Below are positions 60,474 to 64,000 of a stretch of DNA of 64,000 nucleotides, piece by piece. The DNA is taken from the NCBI GenBank assembly GCA_963718525.1, contig OY970355.1, forward strand, positions 704,001 through 768,000, read 5' to 3'. This DNA comes from Candidatus Dormiibacterota bacterium. GTDB taxonomy: Bacteria; Chloroflexota; Dormibacteria; Aeolococcales; Aeolococcaceae. Both the position numbers and the translations under genes were made by a program. Each line of letters begins with the position of its first letter. Position 1 is the first letter of the stretch. Under the pieces are notes generated by a model. The model made no database searches. It saw only the letters and a list, made by a program, of their open reading frames with translations, and was not told the origin of the DNA.

Positions 60474-60884
60474 TTAGGGATGGACGGCCATCACCGGGGT
60501 GGGCTGCAACAGCGCCACGCGATTGCCCTCCGTATCCTTGAAGGAAACGTACCTTCCCACCCCGGGAATATCCATAGGCTCGCCGAGAACCTCGCCGCCC
60601 GATGACACAACCGTCTGCGCAGCGGCCTGAATGTCCTCCACGGCGATCACCACGGAAGGGTGCGCGTCGGTCATTTGCCCGCTCCTGGCGAAGAGCCCCC
60701 CGTTGATGGCGCCGGGACTCGTGGGCCGACCAGTTTGGGGATCGCTTTCGGTTGTCGTGACGGTCACGTAGTTGCCCATCTCCTCGCCAAATCTTTGCGT
60801 CTTCCAACCGAAGGCCTGCTCGTAAAAGCTGGCGGCACGGTCTGCGTTCTCATATGGGATCTCGAAATGAACTACAGGATTCAT
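60474..60884 (-). CDS. VOC/glyoxalase family protein
   Basis: VVHFEI, FY..AFGW, INGG and FKDTEGN motifs. Confidence 0.9.
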   Translation of the reverse strand: MNPVVHFEIPYENADRAASFYEQAFGWKTQRFGEEMGNYVTVTTTESDPQTGRPTSPGAINGGLFARSGQMTDAHPSVVIAVEDIQAAAQTVVSSGGEVLGEPMDIPGVGRYVSFKDTEGNRVALLQPTPVMAVHP

Positions 60885-60982
60885 AAGGTTGGGCCTCCTT
60901 GACGCCATCTCTCCACCGTCAGAAGGATAGCAAGTTGAGCCCAAGGCCACTGATCTCGCCATGCCTGTTGACGCGTGGAGAT

Positions 60983-61438
60983 CTATCGCCGGGACGCCCC
61001 CGGCGATGATGCCGAGCGAGAGAGTTTCATATCAAAATCATGATTCCAAGTCTCACCGCCATCCGTTGACTTTTCCCAGTGCGATGTGATGGTGTTGTCG
61101 TCGTCACTGATCAGTCCTTCGTAGCGCTGCGAAAACTCGGGATGATTGCGCCAGATGCGCCACCGTTTATTGTCCAAGGTCATGTGATACACACGTGACA
61201 CTCTGCGGCTGTCGTAATAGAGAACGGTGTACTCGTCACTCTGGTCATCTCGTCCGATGACCCATGTAGCCTGGTCCCCCTGTCTCATGGCGATCAGACC
61301 CCCTTCTTCTATCCAAGCAAAAACGACCTGGCCGTTCACGGTGTGTTGTGGGCCTGGCAAGAACGCGGCATTTGAAAGCTCCATCTGCCACTCGCCAACA
61401 ATCGAGGCCAAGTCTGCGAGCCGGGGATTTTCGAACAT
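60983..61438 (-). CDS. Hypothetical protein (DUF1579-like beta barrel)
   Basis: VGEW, YYDSR.VSRVY and WEKS.DG..W..DF pattern. Confidence 0.65.
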   Translation of the reverse strand: MFENPRLADLASIVGEWQMELSNAAFLPGPQHTVNGQVVFAWIEEGGLIAMRQGDQATWVIGRDDQSDEYTVLYYDSRRVSRVYHMTLDNKRWRIWRNHPEFSQRYEGLISDDDNTITSHWEKSTDGGETWNHDFDMKLSRSASSPGASRR

Positions 61439-61500
61439 CCGCTACTCCCCGTCTGGGCGAGCCGAAATGACCATGTCGCCGCCGTTGACTAGACACGACA

Positions 61501-62385
61501 TCACTTGTGCTCGGTCAAGACATCGCGCAGTTTGCGTGCGAAGGCTTCCGGCTGGCCGGCATAACCGGAGTCGCCGCCCACGAAACCCCCGTGATGGCTG
61601 GGGAAGACCGTCGTCTTCTGACCAAGTCGTTCGGCCGTAGCCTCGGACGTGCGACCAGTGAAGATGCCCGTCGACTCCTCGCCCACACCGATTACGATGC
61701 GGGTCGGCGCTGCGCGCAGTGCGTCGAAGTCGGGACGATAGCTGGTGACCGCCGCTGAGCGCTCGGAGAGCAGCGGGTCGTCACGCGAGCCGTCGTCCTC
61801 AGTCGTCATCCCGAATTGGGCCGGGTCCGGCTCCGGTCGCGCGAAGAATTCCTCGGTGAACTCTCCTCGCCACGATGTCATGGCGATGAAAGCCGCCATA
61901 CCAGCACCCTGCCCCTTGGCTGCATACGCGTCCCGAAATTGGGCCACGGCGCGCTCGGTTGACTCCGCATCCGGCAGCACCATCACCATCGGTGGCTCGT
62001 GTGCCACCAAGACGGTGACGTCGTCGGGATATGCAGCCACGAGCGCGAGCGCGGTGACCGCGCCGCCACTGCTGGCGAACATCTCAACTCGGCCGGCGCC
62101 GAGAGCCTCGATGATGGCGTGCACGTCCTCTGCCTGGATGTCAGGGACGTTGTCGACCCGGCCGTCTTTGCGGACGCTGCGGCCGAGACCGCGCGGGTCA
62201 TAGGTGATCACGGTGCGGTCGGCGAAGTACGACGCCAGCGTGCGGAAGCCGCTGGCGTCCATCGGCTGCCCGATCATGAACAGCGGCGGGCGTCCGTCGG
62301 CTGTTGGCAACGGGCCCTGGACGTCGTAGACGATGCCGGCTTCGGCGGTATCCAGCCTGTGCGTTGCGATGTCCACGACCATCAC
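61501..62385 (-). CDS. Alpha/beta hydrolase
   Basis: TYDPRG.GRS, ASSGGA, HEPP and HHGG motifs. Confidence 0.88.
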   Translation of the reverse strand: MMVVDIATHRLDTAEAGIVYDVQGPLPTADGRPPLFMIGQPMDASGFRTLASYFADRTVITYDPRGLGRSVRKDGRVDNVPDIQAEDVHAIIEALGAGRVEMFASSGGAVTALALVAAYPDDVTVLVAHEPPMVMVLPDAESTERAVAQFRDAYAAKGQGAGMAAFIAMTSWRGEFTEEFFARPEPDPAQFGMTTEDDGSRDDPLLSERSAAVTSYRPDFDALRAAPTRIVIGVGEESTGIFTGRTSEATAERLGQKTTVFPSHHGGFVGGDSGYAGQPEAFARKLRDVLTEHK

Positions 62386-62885
62386 TCCGCCAGAAGCCGC
62401 TCGAGCTTGTCGAGTTGCTCGGACCAGCCCTGCTCGGCACCGGCCATCGCCTCGGCAGGCGGCATCGGCTCGAAGTAGGACTGTCGCACCGTGAGCGCGG
62501 TCCCCCCGTCGCGGGCCTCAAAGGTCACCTCGATGAGCGTTGCGAAGAGCTCGCCCTGCTCGTCGTTGACGGCCCGGCCGCTCATCACGAGACGATTCGG
62601 ACGATCGATCTCGTAATACTCACCACCCATGTAGTGGGAGAACTGGGCCTCCGTAGGGATGAAGTCCGGCCACTCCATGCCGAGCCGGTAGGCCCCGCCG
62701 ACGCGAAGGTCCACCTCTGCGGCGGGGCAGGTGAAGCCGTTGGGCCACCACCATTGCTTGAGTTGCTCCGGGTCTGTGAAGGCGTCGAAGACGCGCTCCG
62801 GCGAGGCCTTCAGGGTGCGCTCGATGACGAGCTGCTTGGTCGGAGTCGCGGATTGGACGTCCACTCGGGTACGGGTCTCAGGCAT
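62382..62885 (-). CDS. SRPBCC/AHSA1 domain protein
   Basis: ERVFDAFTDP..L.QWW, DLRVGG and GW...LDKL motifs. Confidence 0.92.
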   Translation of the reverse strand: MPETRTRVDVQSATPTKQLVIERTLKASPERVFDAFTDPEQLKQWWWPNGFTCPAAEVDLRVGGAYRLGMEWPDFIPTEAQFSHYMGGEYYEIDRPNRLVMSGRAVNDEQGELFATLIEVTFEARDGGTALTVRQSYFEPMPPAEAMAGAEQGWSEQLDKLERLLAE

Positions 62886-63234
62886 CGGGGCTCTCCTCCG
62901 TAATGGTTGATTCGGTTTGGGCGGCAAGATGGGCATCGAGACGGTCGAGGCGGTCGGACCATTCGGCGTGGGCGCTGCGGAGCCAGTCGTCCACGGGAAG
63001 GAGGCCCTCGAGCTGAAGGCGCGCGGGGCGGCGCTGACCGTCGCGGCCCCGGCCGATGAGGCCGGCCTGCTCCAGCACCTTGAGATGCTTGGTGATGGCG
63101 GGCTGTGTCAGCGTGGAGGACGCCGCGAGTTCGACGACCCCGGCCTCGCCAGCCGCGAGGCGCTCGAGGATGGCCCGGCGGGTGGGGTCCGCAAGGGCGG
63201 CGAAGGCGCGGCTCAGGGGATCGTGTGTAGCCAT
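62878..63234 (-). CDS. ArsR/SmtB family transcriptional regulator
   Basis: FAALADPTRRAIL and HLKVLEQAGLI motifs. Confidence 0.93.
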   Translation of the reverse strand: MATHDPLSRAFAALADPTRRAILERLAAGEAGVVELAASSTLTQPAITKHLKVLEQAGLIGRGRDGQRRPARLQLEGLLPVDDWLRSAHAEWSDRLDRLDAHLAAQTESTITEESPDA

Positions 63235-63270
63235 TACCGCTAGGTTATATAACTAGACGGTAAAAGTCAA
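63234..63270 (-). promoter_or_regulatory. Leaderless promoter and palindromic ArsR operator
   Basis: TTGACT-N17-TAACCT-N7-ATG; near-palindrome TTACCGCTAGGTTATATAACTAGACGGTAA. Confidence 0.75.
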
Positions 63271-63374
63271 CCAGGTATCGCTACGGCCTGCCGGCGCCTG
63301 GAGCCGGCGCGCCACGGACTCCTGGTCACTCATGAGTCCGCGCGTCGACCGTCCTCACCCATCATCCTTGGCAC

Positions 63375-64000
63375 GTGGAACCGCGGCATTCTCAGGCCCC
63401 TCCCGCGGCGGACGCCACGGACGCCGAGTTTCCGGGATTCACCGCGTGGGTCTTCGAGTGGTTCGCCGGGCTCGAGTTGGACAACTCACGCGCATATTTC
63501 ACTGCCACACGCGAGCGATATGAGACCGAGGTTCGGGGCGCTCTCACCGAGATGCTGCAGGAGCTTGAGTGGCACGTTCGGTGGAGCGGTTCGCGTGTTC
63601 CGTCAGCAGAACGACATGCGATTCGCTCCCGCGTCGCCATACAAGACACGAACCTACGGGGTCCTGGAATTCACATCGCCTGCAAGGGCGCGGCTCTACG
63701 CCGATGTGTCGGCGCGTGGCCTCTACTCGGGGACGGGGTATCACCGGCTGACGTCCGACCAGCTGGCCCGATACCGCGCCGCGGTCGTCGATGATCAAAT
63801 CGGTGCGCGCCTGTTCGAAGCGCAGGCCATGGTTCTGGATGCCGGCCTCGAGTTAATTGGCGACGACCTCAGTTCGGTGCCTCGCGGATACCCACGCGAT
63901 CACCGCCGGGCAACGCTCCTGAAACACAGGTCGCTGCTGGCTGGGCGTCTGCTGTCCGGAGGGGCCGGCGTTGGCCGCAGGGACGCGCTCGACCACGTCG
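63375..64000 (+). CDS. DUF2461 family protein, frameshift at ~63565, runs off the window
   Basis: F.GF...F..L..DNSR.YF, then shifted frame VFRQQNDMRF...PYKT and VPRGYPRDH. Confidence 0.75.

Overview
High-GC bacterial chromosomal window. The gene set loosely resembles Dormibacterota/Chloroflexota- or Actinomycetota-like soil bacteria, but this is inference only. Four zones are visible. (1) About 2.8-20.4 kb is a catabolic gene cluster: a CoxMSL-like molybdenum hydroxylase, an asparaginase-like amidase, a tartrate/D-malate dehydrogenase, a GntR regulator, DoxX, MmgE/PrpD, a PPC/DUF296 protein, two paralogous cyclic amidohydrolases, an MFS transporter and a sugar-type ABC transporter with TatA. 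Three copies of a TATWYTGTATACA box tie these together. (2) About 24-39.7 kb is a decaying defence/mobile island left of tRNA-Gln(CTG). It holds a NERD protein, two NucS-like nucleases, GIY-YIG-like and PD-(D/E)XK proteins, a Ser/Thr kinase, an hsdR remnant, IS110 and IS256 fragments, and one intact IS256 with an 8-bp TSD. It also holds an orphan TGT-terminated transposon-like end sitting 1 nt past the stop codon of a degenerate nrdJ 3' copy. (3) About 39.8-53.5 kb is core-like: otsA, an aldehyde dehydrogenase, an orphan PrgI-MinD/CpaE fusion plus VirB4-like ATPase, and an intein-containing class II ribonucleotide reductase with tandem NrdR boxes. (4) About 53.6-64 kb carries stress/accessory genes: a diguanylate cyclase, hemerythrin, a HAD-GH65 fusion, GT4 and an ArsR-SRPBCC operon. 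Several isolated 1-nt frameshifts may be assembly errors. No CRISPR array or rRNA was seen.
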